This document shows positions 1-13,205 of a stretch of 64,000 bases of DNA, one piece after another. The stretch lies in NCBI RefSeq assembly GCF_003918875.1, contig NW_025767247.1, forward strand, positions 372,001 to 436,000, read 5' to 3'. The notes under the pieces were generated by a model, which had not been told where the DNA came from, made no database searches, and worked only from the letters and a program-made list of their open reading frames with translations. The stretch is from Haliotis rubra. Its lineage: Eukaryota. Each line of letters begins with the position of its first letter. Position 1 is the first letter of the stretch. Made by a program: the position numbers and the translations under genes.

Positions 1-172
1 GTGAGCTGATTGTTGGTGAAGCTGTGTGTAGAAGGTGTGAGTTGATTGTTGGTGAAGCTGTGTGTAGACGGTGTTAGCTGATTGTTGGTGAAGCCGTGTG
101 TAGACGGTGTGTCCTGATTGTTGGTGAAGCTGTGTGTAGACGGTGTGAGCTGATTGTTGGTGAAGCTGTGTG
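1..172. repeat. 36-bp minisatellite, about 5 copies, truncated by the window start
   Basis: Unit gtgagctgattgttggtgaagctgtgtgtagacggt repeated directly. Confidence 0.9.
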
Positions 173-558
173 GCTTAAGTATCAGGTACAATGATCATAA
201 ATTTCCGACGCGTATAATGTCAACATTTGAATATACACTGTTTATGACCATACCATTGTAGTAGAGCATACATAAAACAAAACTCGTTTTCTATATACCC
301 GTCGTGCACTCGTGTCGGTTGAGTAACAAAATGTTATGTTTATCAACAAACAACCTTGCCAGGGTTATACAGAGCATAATGACAACCACAATAGCCGTTA
401 TTGTTCGTTCTGGTTCAGCACATTCTGTTTCAGTATTTAAAACATACCTATGGCGGTTAGCAAATCAATGCAAAGTTTTAAGCAATAAATCCCTGGTTGC
501 TTCCAAGCGAGCAGAGCAATCTGTGTGTAGTTTATTATGAAACACTCCCGTGTTCAGC

Positions 559-752
559 TATAAATACAGGAGGCTGGCCAGCCTTCGTGTTAGTTCATTA
601 GGGACTGGCTGACTGCGGGCTGACAGCAGGCAATGAACTGTTACGAGACCCCAGGCAATGGGAACAGATGAGTCAGGGCAGATTTATTTGTTACATTGAT
701 GTTTTGTTTTTACAGTTTCCTGACTGGACCACGCTAGACAGACCTAGTGAGT
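559..752 (+). promoter_or_regulatory. Candidate TATA promoter and non-coding first exon of the Met-rich secreted protein gene
   Basis: TATAAATA at 559-566, Inr-like TTAGTT at 590-595, donor CTA|GTGAGT at 747. The gene's ATG (13736) directly follows an acceptor AG, so an upstream exon is expected. The link is unproven. Confidence 0.3.
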
Positions 753-1004
753 CAGGATGATCGCCATGTTGTGCTGATGTATAGACAGGACTCATCATGG
801 GTGTACCAATTGTTAGTTAATCGGTATTTACCGAGCCTTTCGTGAGCTCGACAGATACCATACAAAACAACCCGCGAGCATGGAGTTCTATCAGTTTTAC
901 ACTACGGGTTTAATACTTGAACAGATTTTGTAGAATAATTTGAAAGTTAAATAACGGAAAAACAACGATTCTGTACAATTTCACCTGAGAACATCTGTTC
1001 ACGT

Positions 1005-4000
1005 GCGTGTCCCACTTCCATGCCATTGTGTAACAAGTCCATGCTATTGTGTCCTACTTCCATGTCATTGTGTCCATCTTCCATGTGATTGTGTCCATAC
1101 TCCATGTCATTGTGTCCTACTTCCATGTCATTGTGTCTCACTTCTATGTAATTGTGTCCCAATTCCATGTAATTGTGTCCCACATCTATGTCATTGTGTC
1201 CCACATCTATGTCATTGTGCCCCACTTTCATGTCATTGTGTCCCGCTTTCAAGTCATTGTGTCTATCTTCCAAGTCATTGTCTCCTACTTCCATGTCATT
1301 GTGTCCATCTTCCATTTCATTGTGTCCTAATTCATGTCATTGTCTCCCAATTCCATGTAATTGTGTCCTACTTCCATGTCATTATGTCCCGCTTCCATGT
1401 CATTGTGTCCTACTTCCATGTAATTGTCTCCCACTTCCATGTCATTGTCTCCCACTTCCATGTCATTGTGTCCCACTTCCATGTCATTGTGTCCCACTTC
1501 CATGTCATTGTGTCCCACTTCTATGTCATTGTGTCCTAGTCCCATGTAATTGTGTACCACGTACATGTCATTCTGTCCCACTTCCATGTCATTGTGTCCT
1601 ACTTCCATGTCATTGTGTCCTACTTCCATGTCATTGTGACCCACTTCGTGTCATTGTGTCAAACTTCCATGTCATTGTGTCCCACTTCCATGTCATTGTG
1701 TCCCACTTTCATGTCATTGTGTCCCACTTCCATGTCATTGTGTCCCACTTCCATGTCATTGTGTCCCACTTCCATGTCATTGTGTCCCACTTCCATGTCA
1801 TTGTGTCCCACTTCCATGTCATTGTGTCCCACTTTCATGTCATTGTGTCCCACTTCCATGTCATTGTGTCCTAGTCCCATATCATTGTGTCCCACTTCTA
1901 TGTCATTGTGTCCTAGTCCCATGTCATTGTCTCCCACTTCCATGTCATTGTGTCCCACTTCCATGTCATTGTGTCCCACTTCCATGTCATTGTGTCCCAA
2001 TTCCATGTCATTGTGTCCCACTTCCATGTCATTGTCTCCCACTTCCATGTCATTGTGTCCCACTTCCATGTCATTGTGTCCTAGTCCCATGTCATTGTGT
2101 CCCACTTCCATGTCATTGTGTCCCACTTCCATGTCATTGTGTCCCACTTCCATGTCATTGTGTCCCACTTCCATGTCATTGTGACCCACTTCCATGTCAT
2201 TGTGTCCCACTTCCATGTCATTGTGTCCCACTTCCATGTCATTGTGTCCACTTCATATGTCATTGTGTCCCACTTCCATGTCATTGTGTCCCACTTCCAT
2301 GTCATTGTGTCTCACTTCCATGTCATTGTGTCCCACTTCCATGTCATTGTGACCCACTTCCATGTCATTGTGTCCCACTTCCATGTCATTGTGTCCCACT
2401 TCCATGTCATTGTGTCCTAGTCCCATATCATTGTGTCCCACTTCTATGTCATTGTGTCCTACTTCCATGTCATTGTCTCCCACTTTGATGTCATTGTGTC
2501 CCACTTCCACGTCATTGTGTCCGAATTCCATGTCGTTATGTCCCACTTCCATGTAATTGTCTCCCACTTCCATGTCATTGTGTCCATCTTCCATTTCATT
2601 GTGTCCTAGTCCCATGTCATTGTGTCCCACTTCCATGTCATTGTGTCCCACTTCTATGTCATTGTGTCCCATGTCTGTCCATGTCATTGTGTCCCACTTC
2701 CATGTCATTGTGTCCCTACTTCTATGTCTTCCATTGTGTCCCACTCCCATGTCATTGTGTCCCACTTCCATGTCATTGTGTCCCACTTCCATGTCATTGT
2801 GTCCCACTTCCATGTCATTGTGTCCCACTTCCATGTCATTGTGTCCCACTTCCATGTCATTGTGTCCCACTTCCATGTCATTGTGTCCCACTTCCATGTC
2901 ATTGTGTCCCACTTCCATGTCATTGTGTCCCACTTCCATGTCATTGTGTCCCACTTCCATGTCATTGTGTCCCCACTTCCATGTCATTGTGTCCCACTTC
3001 CATGTCATTGTGTCCCACTTCCATGTCATTGTGTCCACTTCCATGTCATTGTGTCCCACTTCCATGTCATTGTGTCCCACTTCCATGTCATTGTGTCCCA
3101 CTTCCATGTCATTGTGTCCCACTTCCATGTCATTGTGTCCACTTCCATGTCACTTCCATGTCATTGTGTCCCACTTCCATGTCATTGTGTCCCACTTCCA
3201 TGTCATTGTGTCCCACTTCCATGTCATTGTGTCCCACTTCCATGTCATTGTGTCCCACTTCCATGTCATTGTGTCCCACTTCCATGTCATTGTGTCTCAC
3301 TTCCATGTCATTGTGTCCCACTTCCATGTCATTGTGTCCCACTTCCATGTCATTGTGTCCCACTTCCATGTCATTGTGTCCCACTTCCATGTCATTGTGT
3401 CCCACTTCCATGTCATTGTGTCCCACTTCCATGTCATTGTGTCCCACTTCCATGTCATTGTGTCCCACTTCCATGTCATTGTGTCCCCACTTCCATGTCA
3501 TTGTGTCCCACTTCCATGTCATTGTGTCCCACTTCCATGTCATTGTGTCCCACTTCCATGTCATTGTGTCCCACTTCCATGTCATTGTGTCCCACTTCCA
3601 TGTCATTGTGTCCCACTTCCATGTCATTGTGTCCTACTTCTATGTCATTGTGTCCCACTTCCATGTCATTGTGTCCCACTTCCATGTCATTGTGTCCCAC
3701 TTCCATGTCATTGTGTCCCACTTCCATGTCATTGTGTCCCACTTCCATGTCATTGTGTCCCACTTCCATGTCATTGTGTCCCACTTTCATGTCATTGTGT
3801 CCCACTTCCATGTCATTGTGTCCCACTTCCATGTCATTGTGTCCCACTTCCATGTCATTGTGTCCCACTTCCATGTCATTGTGTCCCACTTCCATGTCAT
3901 TGTGTCCCACTTCCATGTCATTGTGTCCCACTTCCATGTCATTGTGTCCCACTTCCATGTCATTGTGTCCCACTTCCATGTCATTGTGTCCCACTTCCAT

Positions 4001-5218
4001 GTCATTGTGTCCCTTCCATGTCATTGTGTCCCACTTCCATGTCATTGTGTCCCACTTCTATGTCATTGTGTGTCACTTCCATGTCATTGTGTCCCACTTC
4101 CATGTCATTGTGTCCCACTTCCATGTCATTGTGTCCTACTTCCATGTCATTGTGTCCCACTTCCATGTCATTGTCTCCCACTTCCATGTCATTGTCTCCC
4201 ACTTCCATGTCATTGTGTCCCTCTTCTATGTCATTGTCTCCCACTTCCATGTCATTGTGGCCTACTTCTATGTCATTGTGTCCCAGTTCCATGTCATTGT
4301 GTCCCACTTCTATGTCATTGTGTCCCACTTCCATGTCATTGTGTCCCACTTCCATGTCATTGTGTACTAGTCCCATGTCATTGTGTCCCACTTCCATGTC
4401 ATTGTGTCCCACTTCCATGTCATTGTGTCCTAGTCCCTTGTCATTGTGTCCCATTTCCATGTCATTGTGTCCCACTTCCATGTCATTGTCTCCCACTTCC
4501 ATGTCATTGTGTCCTAGTCCCATGTCATTGTGTCAAATCAAATCAAATCTTTATTTCTGATACTTTGAGTCCACGGGCCTATGAGTACAAAAACACCTCA
4601 TCGGTGCAGACATGAAATAAAATGATAACAATGAAAGCATGTATAATATATACAATCTTAATATGACAAAATTGATTTCCTTTTTTCGAATGCATAAAAC
4701 AGATAGTTAGCAGTATTCAAGGAAATGTCTTCATTTTTGGATGATAACAACGAATTGAATTTTGGGGAAAACATAGAATTGCGACAAAAGATATTTACGT
4801 CTTAATTCAATGTAGGCTGGACAGATAAGTAAGAAGTGATATTCATTTTCAAGTACGTTTAAGTTACACATTTTGCATGTTCTTTGTTCCCGGGGAATGT
4901 TATAGTAACGTCCTCTTTCAATTTCTAAACTATGGGAACTTAACCTAAATCGTGATAAACAAGATCTATATTTGGATACAGTAATATGAGTTAAGTATGT
5001 TTCACAAGAAATCGTCATTGTGTCAAACTTCCATGTCATTGTGTCCCACTTCCATGTCATTGTGTCCTAGTCCCATGTCATTGTCTCCCACTTCTATGTC
5101 ATTGTGTCAAACTTCCATGTCATTGTGTCCTAGTCCCATGTCATTGTGTCCTAGTCCCATGTCATTGTGTCCCACTTCCATGCCATTGTGTCCCACTTTT
5201 GTGGCATTGTATCCTACT
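1005..5218. repeat. 21-bp minisatellite (gtgtcccacttccatgtcatt)n, interrupted by a LINE fragment
   Basis: Well over 150 near-identical copies, homogeneous in the centre and degenerate at the edges; source of the MSLCPTS and GHNDMEV ORFs. Confidence 0.97.
4538..5013 (-). mobile_element. 5'-truncated non-LTR retrotransposon 3' end (CR1/L2-group-like)
   Basis: ORF2 C-terminal motif RFRLSSHSLEIERGRY..R.C..C....ENEYHFLLICPAY; (ATTTG)n tail; 14-bp TSD gtcattgtgtcaaa at 4524-4537 and 5014-5027. Confidence 0.85.
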
Positions 5219-5422
5219 TGAGTTCATGTCATAAGCTTGTAAAATGGAAAACGTTAACATCACAAGACACCTTTGGATAACGATTGTCTATCAACTATAA
5301 GACACATTAAAGAACATAAAAACACAAAAACAGTACGAGACACGCTTATTTACCCTAAGAAAAAATCATCTGAAAGAATTCACATGTACAAAAACAACAG
5401 TTTCTACACCCTACATGCGTTA

Positions 5423-8400
5423 CAGTGTGTAGAAGTGTGTGGCAGTGTATGGTAGAGTGTGGTAGTGTGAGGTAGGGTGAGGTAGGGTGTGGTAGTGTGA
5501 GGTAGTGTGAGGCAGGGTTAGTTAGGGTGAGGTAGTGTGTGGTAGTGTGAGGATATGGTGCGGTAGTGTGTGGTAGTGTGAGGTAGTGCGTAGTAGTGTG
5601 AGGTAGTGTGTTGTAGAGTGAGGTAGTGCGTGGTAGTGTATAGGAGTGTGAGGTAGCGTGAGGTAGCGTGAGGTAGTGTGTGGTAGTGTATAGGAGTGTG
5701 AGGTAGGGTGTGGTAGTGTGTGCTAGGGTGAGGTTCTGTCTAATAGGGTGTGGTAGCGTGTGACAGTGTGACTGACTGACTGACTGAGTTTAGTTTTACG
5801 CCGCTTTTAGCAATATTCCAGCAATATCACGGCGGGGGACACCAGAAATGGGCTTAACACATTGTGCCCATGTGGGGAATCGAACCCGGGTCTTCGACGT
5901 GACGAGCCAACGCTTTAACCACTAGGCTACCCGACCGCCCCTGTGACAGTGTGAAGTAGTGTGAGGTAGTGTGTGGTATTGTGAGGCAGTGTGAGGCAGT
6001 GTGAGATAGTGTGAGGCTGTATGAAGCAGTGCGTGGTAGTGTGAGGTAGTGTGTTGTAGTGCGTGGTAGTGTGTGGTAGTGTGAGGCAGTGTGTGGTAGT
6101 GTGAGATAGTGTGAGGCTGTATGAAGCAGTGCGTGGTAGTGTGAGGTAGTGTGTTGTAGTGTGAGGCAGTGTGTGGTAGTGTGTGGTAGCGTGAGGAAGG
6201 GTGTGGTCGTGTGTTGCAGTGTGTGGTAGTGTGAGGTAGTAAGAGGTAGTGTGGTAGGGTGAGGTAGCGTGAGGTAGTGCGTAGTAGTGTGAGGTAGTGT
6301 GTGGTAGTGTGAGGTAGTGCGTGGTAGTGTATAGGAGAGTGAGGTAGCGTGAGGTAGTGTGTGGTAGTGTATAGGAGTGTGAGGTAGGGTGTGGTAGTGT
6401 GGTAGGGTGTGCTAGGGTGAGGTTCTGTCTAATAGGGTGTGGTAGCGTGTGACAGTGTGAAGTAGTGTGAGGTAGTGTGTGGTAGTGTGAGGCAGTGTGT
6501 GGTATTGTGAGGCAGTGTGAGGCAGTGTGGTAGTGTGTTGTAGTGCGTGGTAGTGTGGTAGTGTGAGGCAGTGTGTGGTAGTGTGAGATAGTGTGAGGCT
6601 GTATGAGGCAGTGCGTGGTAGTGTGAGGTAGTGTGTGGAAGTGTGAGGGAGTGTGTGGTAGTGTGTGGTAGCGTGAGGAAGGGTGTGGTCGTGTGTTGCA
6701 GTGTGTGGTAGTGTGAGGTAGTAAGAGGTAGTGTGGTAGGGTGAGGTAGTGTGTGGAAGTGTGAGGGAGTGTGTGTGGTAGTGTAATGGTAGCGTGAGAA
6801 GAGGAGGTGGTGGTTGTGTGTTGCAGTGTGTGGTAGTGTGAGTGTAGTAAGAGGTAGTGTGGTAGGAGTGAGGAGATGAAGTAGGTGTGTGGTAGTGTGT
6901 GGTAGCAGTGAGTGTAGTGTGAGAGTAGTAAGATGCTGTGTGTGGTAGGGTGTGGTTGCGTGAGGGTAGGGTGTGGTCGTGTGTGGCAGTGTGTGGTAGT
7001 GTGAGTTAGTAATAGGCGGTGGTGCGTTAGTAGTGTGAGGTGGTGTGTGGCAGTTTGTGGTGGCAGTAGAAGGTAGTAAGGAGAGTGTGTGGTAGGGTAG
7101 GATAAAAGAGGTAGGAATGTAGTAGTTATAGCAGTGTGCGGTGGTGTGAGGTAGTAAGAGGTGAGTGTGTTGTAGGGTAGGTAGCGTGAAAAGTGAGTGT
7201 GTGGTAGGGGTGTGATAGCGTAGGTGGTGGGGTGTAGTCGTTTATGGCAAGTGTGTGATAGTAAAAGTAGTGCGTGGTATGGTGTGAGTAGCATGGGGTA
7301 GTGTGTGAGGTAGTGTGTAGTAGTGTGGGGTCGTGTGTGTGGTAGTGCGGTGGGGTGAGGAAGTGAGTGTGAGTGAGTGTGTAGTGAGTGTGGTAGTGTG
7401 GAGTTATGGTGTGGCAGTGTGAGCCAGTGTGAGGTAGTGAGTGAAAGTACGTGGTATTTTGATCCAGGCTGTGGTAGTGTGTGGTAGTGTGAGGTAGTGT
7501 GTAGCAGTGAGAGGTAGTGTGTTGTAGTGTGTGGTAGTGTGAGGTAGTAAGATGCAGTGTGTGGTAGGGTGTGGTTGCGTGAGGTAGGGCGTGGTCGTGT
7601 GTGGCAGTGGGTGGTAGTGTGAGGTAGTAAGAGGCAGTGCGTGGTAGTGTGAGGAAGTGTGTGGCAGTTTGTGGTAGCATGAGGTAGTAAGAGGTAGTGT
7701 GTGGTAGGGTGTGATAGCGTGAGGTAGGGTGTGGTAGTTTATGGCAGTGTGAGGTCGGGTGTGACAGTGTGAGGTAGGGTGTGGTCGTCTGTGGTAGTGT
7801 GAGGTAGGGTGTGGTCGTGTGTGGTAGTGTGAGTCGGGTGTGACAGTTTGAGGTAGTGTGTGGCAGTGTGTGGTAGGGTGAGGTAGGGTGTTGTAGTGTG
7901 AGGTAGGGCGTGGTTGTGTTTGGTAGTGTGTGGCAAGTGTGAGGTAGGGTGTGTTCGTCTTAGGTAGTGTGAGGTAGGGTGTTGTCGTGTGTGGTAGTGT
8001 GAGGTAGGGTGTGGTCGTGTGTGGTAGGGTGAGGTAGGGTGTGGTTGTGTGATGTCGGGTGTGACAGTGTCAGGTAGTGAGTTGTAATGTGTGGAAGTGT
8101 GTGGTAGTGTCTGGTAGTGTGTGTCAATGTGTGCTAGTCTGTGGTAGTGTGTGCCAGTGTGTGGTAGTGTGCGCCAGTGTGTGCCCGTGTGTGGTAGTGG
8201 GTTGCAGTGAATGATTTTGTGTGGCAGTGTCTGGTAGTGGGCGGTAGTGTGAGGGAAGTTTATGAAAGTGTGTGGTCGGGTGTAGTAGTGTGGTCGAGTG
8301 TGGTAGTGTGTGGTCTTGTGTGGTAGTGTGGTAGTTTATGAAAGTGTGTGGTCGGGTGTTGTAGTGTGTGGTCGGGTGTGGCAGTGTGTGGTAGTGTGAG

Positions 8401-10126
8401 GTAGTAAGAGGTAGTGTGCGGTAGGGTCAGGTAGCGTGAGGTAGGGTGTGGTAGTGTGTGACAGTGCGTGATAGTGTGAGATAGTTTTGTGGTAGTGTGT
8501 GGTAGCGTGAGTCAGTGTAAGGTAGTAAGAGGTAGTGTGTGGTCGGATGTGGTAGGGTTTGGTAGGGTGTGGTAACGTCAGGTAGGGTGTGGTCGTGTGT
8601 GGCAGTGTGAGGTAGTGTGAGGTAGTAAGAGGTAGTGTGTGGTAGGGTCAGGTAACGTGAGGTAGGGTGTGGTCGTGTGTGGCTGTGCTTGGTAGTGCTT
8701 GGTAGTGTGTGGTAGTGTGTGGTAGCGTGAGGTAGTAAGAGGTATTGTGTGGTAGTGTGTGGTAGTGTGAGGTAGTAAGAGGTAGTGTGTGGTAGGGTGT
8801 GGTAGCGTGAGGTAGAGTGTGGTCGTGTGTGGTAGTGTGAGGTAGTAAGAGGCAGTGCGTTGTTGTGTGAGGTAGTGTGTGGCAGTGTATGGTAGCGTGA
8901 GATAGTAAGAGGTAGTGTATGGTAGCGTGAGGTAGGGTGTGGTCGTGTGTGGCAGTGTGTGGTAGTGTGAGGTAGTAAGAGGTAGTGTGTGGTCAAGTGT
9001 GGTAGTGTGTGGTAGTTTATGAAAGTGTGTGGTCGGTTGTGGTAGTGTGTGGTAATTTATGAAAGTGTGTGGTCGGGTGTGGTAGTGTGTGGTCGAGTGT
9101 GGTAGTGTGTGGTAGTGTGTCTCAGTGTGTGGTCGGGTGTGGTAGTGTATGGCTGTGTGTTGTCGAATGTGGTAGTGTATGGCAGTGTGTGGTCGAGTGT
9201 GGTCGTGTATGGCAGTGTATGGCAGTGTATGGTCGGGTGTGGTAGTGTATGGCAGCGTGTTGTCGGATGTGGTAGTGTGTGGTCGAGTGTGGTAGTGTGT
9301 GTTAGTGTGTGGTAGTGTATGTCAGTGCGTGGTAGTGTGTGGAAGTATGTGGTAGTGTATGTCAGTGTGTGGTAGTGTATGTCAGTGTTTGGTTGAGTGT
9401 GGTCGTGTGTGGTAGTGTATGGCAGTGTGTGGTCGAGTGTGGTCGTGTGTGGTAGTGTATGGCAGTGTGTGGTCGGGTGTGGTAGTGTGTGGTAGTGAAC
9501 GGCAGTTTGTTGTCGAGTGTGGTAGTTAGTGGCAGTGTGTGACAGTGTGTTGTCGAGTGTGGTAGTGTGCGGTAGTGCGCGGTAGTGTATGATAGTTTGT
9601 GGTCGGGTGGTTGAAATTTGTGGTCGAGTGTGGGATTGTGGTAGTGTGTGGTTGAGTGTGGTCGGGTGTGGTAGTGTGTGGTAGTGTACGGCAGTGTGTT
9701 GTCGAGTGTGGTAGTTAGTGGCAGTGTGTGACAGTGTGTTGTCGAGTGTGGTAGTGTGTGGTAGTGCGCGGTAGCGTATGATAGTTTTTGGTCGGGTGGT
9801 TGAAATTTGTGGTCGAGTGTGGGATTGTGGTAGTGTGTTGTTGAGTGTGGTCGGGTGTGGTAGTGTGTGGTAGTGTACGGCAGTGTGTTGTCGAGTGTGG
9901 TAGTGTGTGGCAGTGTGTGACAGTGTGTTGTCGAGTGTGGTAGTGTGTGGTAGTGCGCGGTAGCGTATGATAGTTTGTGGTCGGGTGGTTGAAATTTGTG
10001 GTCGAGTAAAGGATTGTGGTAGTGTGTGGTTGAGTGTGGTCGGGTGTGGTAGTGTGTGGCAGTGTGCGATCGGGTGTGGTAGTGTGTGGCAGTGTGTGGC
10101 AGTGTGGGATCGGGTGTGGTAGTGTG
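5423..10126. repeat. G/T-rich degenerate satellite built from 5/10-bp units (gtgtg/gtgag-gtagt) with internal block duplications
   Basis: Continuous GTGTGGTAGT-like periodicity; block repeats at about 9480-10020. Confidence 0.95.
5772..5941 (-). mobile_element. tRNA-derived SINE, full length
   Basis: Minus strand has A box TAGCCTAGTGG, B box GGTTCGATTCC, body ending gatattgctggaatattgctaaaagcggcgtaaaac, and a (CAGT)n tail; 13-bp TSD tgtgacagtgtga at 5759-5771 and 5942-5954. Confidence 0.9.
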
Positions 10127-12920
10127 GGGCGAGGGAACAGGAAGTGTTGGTGCTGATTGACAGGGCGGCAGGGGTGTAATCAATTAACAGTAGTGATCAC
10201 ACCGTGCCCGGGGACAGACATTAGGACAGGAGTAGCCTTCAGGTAACTTGGGAGGTCGGGAAATAAAATAAATTCACGTCACCTCCAGAAGGGACTTTCA
10301 CTGCGGATACCGAACACTTCAGGTAGGTTCACGTAGCAAGTGCACTGTATCGTGTGAGTGCGTTCAGCGTTTGTACTGTTGTGGCCAATTTCTAATCCCC
10401 GACAGCTCTCATTGAAATTGATTGTTATGTGTCTTGGATGCAAGTGAAAATTAAATAAGCCTTCATTTGAAATTAGCTGAGTATGTTGCACCTCTGGTTT
10501 CGTTAACCAACTATCTCAAACTTTGATACTGTCGACTCTGTTTACCAAAGTATCCAGAGACCTTACTAAACCCCAACAAGTACAGCCTTGTGACTTATTT
10601 TATTGGTTCCCAAGTTTAAAATATCAAATTTACAAAAGTGAGGCACCATACAGATAGATGATGTACGGGTATTTTGTCAATATCATGTTAATAGAATATA
10701 TAAGTCAATATAGAGAAAAATCTGATATCAGGTAAATATGGATACATTTTAAATTCATCAAAGTACTGGGGAGGGAAGGCCCCATTTATGATTGAAATGT
10801 TCTATTGTATTTTTATATTTTTTTGTTCATATGGTTTTCCACAAAGAATATTTCTTTCGGAAGTTTTATAAAGAAATCTGTGTTTGCATGTGTATTCTTA
10901 ATACTGCATATGTAAATGTGTCTTCTTGCTGCGATGATGATGTGATTTAGTAATATATTATGACGTAGAGTACCAAAACCAAACCATATGTGCTGATAAT
11001 AGCAATGGATGAGGGTATAAATTGGTAAGCCAAATTTGTAGGTTATTCCAAAAGGTTTGTGTCTCCTGACATTCCCAGTACACATGACAAACACTCTCAT
11101 TTAGATCATTGCAGAAACAACATAGACTGCTATCAACTGTTTTCATTTTAAGCGGTTCTCGTTTTGTAACACCTTGTAGAAATCTATATTGAAAATCTAT
11201 AAGTTTTGTGTCCTGCAATCCTTCTCTGTATACTGTAAATATATTTTCCAATCAAAGTCTGTTTAAGGAAATAACAGCTGCCATTTATTACAAATATTTG
11301 TGTGTATATCATTGATTGAAAATAAGTTTATCATAAAGTACTGCAGCCTTTAGATGCTTTTACTAGATAGATCTGACATTGGTTAATATTTAAATCCCTG
11401 ACTGGTTTTAAATGACAGTGGTTAAGAGTATTTTTCCAAGAGTCAGATAATACATGTACTAAATATCTATAATCTAAAAAAGAACCTTTGATACCATATA
11501 TTTTAAAAAAAAATTCTATTGACAATAACCCGGTTTCATCACAAATATCCCTAATATTTATAATCCCTTTATCTGCCCAGTTCTTTATGAAGTTTAATGA
11601 ATTTTAAAAATTGTGATTAAACAATAATGGTTGGGATAGAATTTTATTGATGTTATTTGGGTCAATGTAATGGGTTTTTTGTGAAATAGGCGCTATGCTT
11701 TTACCCCATCATGCCAAAAAGGATTTTCAATCTCAATGTAAGTTTCAGAATTTTCTCCAAAATTAAATATGTCTTTGAAAGGTATATTGCATGGATTGTC
11801 CTCATCACATCTTTTGAAATACCGTCTTAATGTAGATAATTTTTAAAGCGTCCATAAATGTTTTTGTATCAATCATTCTCAAACCTCCTTCTTCATAGTT
11901 GTTTTCAATTACATTCCTTTGTATTTTATCAATCTTGTCGTTCCAAATAAATTTAAAAAACATTTTGTCAAGGGACGTGATAATGCTGCTGGTGGGTTGG
12001 GCAAGGAATTTAGAATATGAAGCAATTTGGAGATTGCTAGAGTTTTTATTATTGTTATTTTTCCAATAAGTGTTGAATTTGTTTTTCTCCAAGATGCTAA
12101 GAGTCTATTAATTTCTTCCAGTCTCTTTCTGGTGTTGATTACCCATAGGTCTTCAAGATCTGGTGTAAATTTAATACCTAGTACATAAAATTCACCAATT
12201 ACCAATTAATTTTCAGATTATTACATTTTTGTTTTATTCCAGCATAATGGGTACAATCACATGGGTACGAACAGGCATCAGCTTGTTGTACAAGCTTTAT
12301 AACAAAGTTCAAGGAGATGGACATTGAAAAGTGTAATGAAGTAATTCTATGGCTGTACAGATAAACAGTATTATATAAAACTGCTGTATAAAACCAGATA
12401 TACTCTATCTCCGGCTGGTACAAACCGGTTCAAGATTGGCACAGTCACCACATCAGTATCAGTTTCTGATACCTGAAGGAATCGATTCATCGTCTGTATT
12501 GTGATCGATAGATCGACATCCTTGGTTGGTACCTTTCTTAGACGATCGCCTTTCATCCGTGCCTCATAATCCGCACCTTCAATTTGAACGAAGTACTCCG
12601 GTTGATGTTTTCCAAATTCAATTACTGCAGTAACGACTCCAGAACCTCTGTCGTCAATTCTTACAGAATCACCAATTTTGAGAAGGGGGCAGCCATGTTT
12701 GTTTGCAAACACGTCCACGCAATATAAACTCGCGACGACGTCATCAATGAAATGTTAAACGTTTTAGGATTGGCTTGGCGTGTATGGAGTTTTGTGAAAG
12801 TAGTTCGAGGATTAACGTAATTTGCATAGTTATTCAGATTTGGATACCAAATTTATCAGATTGCTTTATTGCATCGATAACACCCTCCATTAGATGATAA
12901 TATATATATATATATATATA

Positions 12921-13145
12921 TTGCATAGATAAATAAAAACAGAATGCCGTTTTCTCCAACATGTTTCGTTCTTTACTCTTCAGGAGATTGTAGCGGTTAC
13001 AGTAGCAGATTGTAGCATACTGTAACCGCTACAATCTCCCTGAAGAGTAAAGAACGAAACATGTTGGAGAAAAACGGCATTCTGTTTTTATTTATCTATG
13101 CAATATTTATGACTGAACACCTGTACTACTTTGGACATTTTGTGC

Positions 13146-13148
<3 letters not shown>
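12921..13148 (+). mobile_element. Fold-back (inverted pLTR) Penelope-like remnant inside a (TA)n tract
   Basis: About 85-bp near-perfect inverted arms, a 40-bp unpaired 3' extension, (TA)n on both sides, and a hammerhead core in each arm. Confidence 0.7.
13035..13070 (+). ncRNA. Minimal type I hammerhead ribozyme motif
   Basis: TCTCC-CTGAAGA-G-TAAAGAA-C-GAAA-CATG-TT-GGAGA: stem I TCTCC/GGAGA, CUGANGA and GAAA cores, palindromic stem III ACATGT, GUU cleavage triplet. Confidence 0.65.

Positions 13149-13203
<55 letters not shown>
13149..13203. repeat. (TA)n microsatellite; a second tract lies at about 12899-12920
   Basis: Read directly from the sequence. Confidence 0.98.

Positions 13204-13205
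<2 letters not shown>

Noticed and set aside
947-10183. Long ORFs (MSLCPTS, GHNDMEV, HTTTH repeats) as proteins
   Set aside because: Open in several frames on both strands with frame-switching indels; translations of minisatellites with no splice or start context
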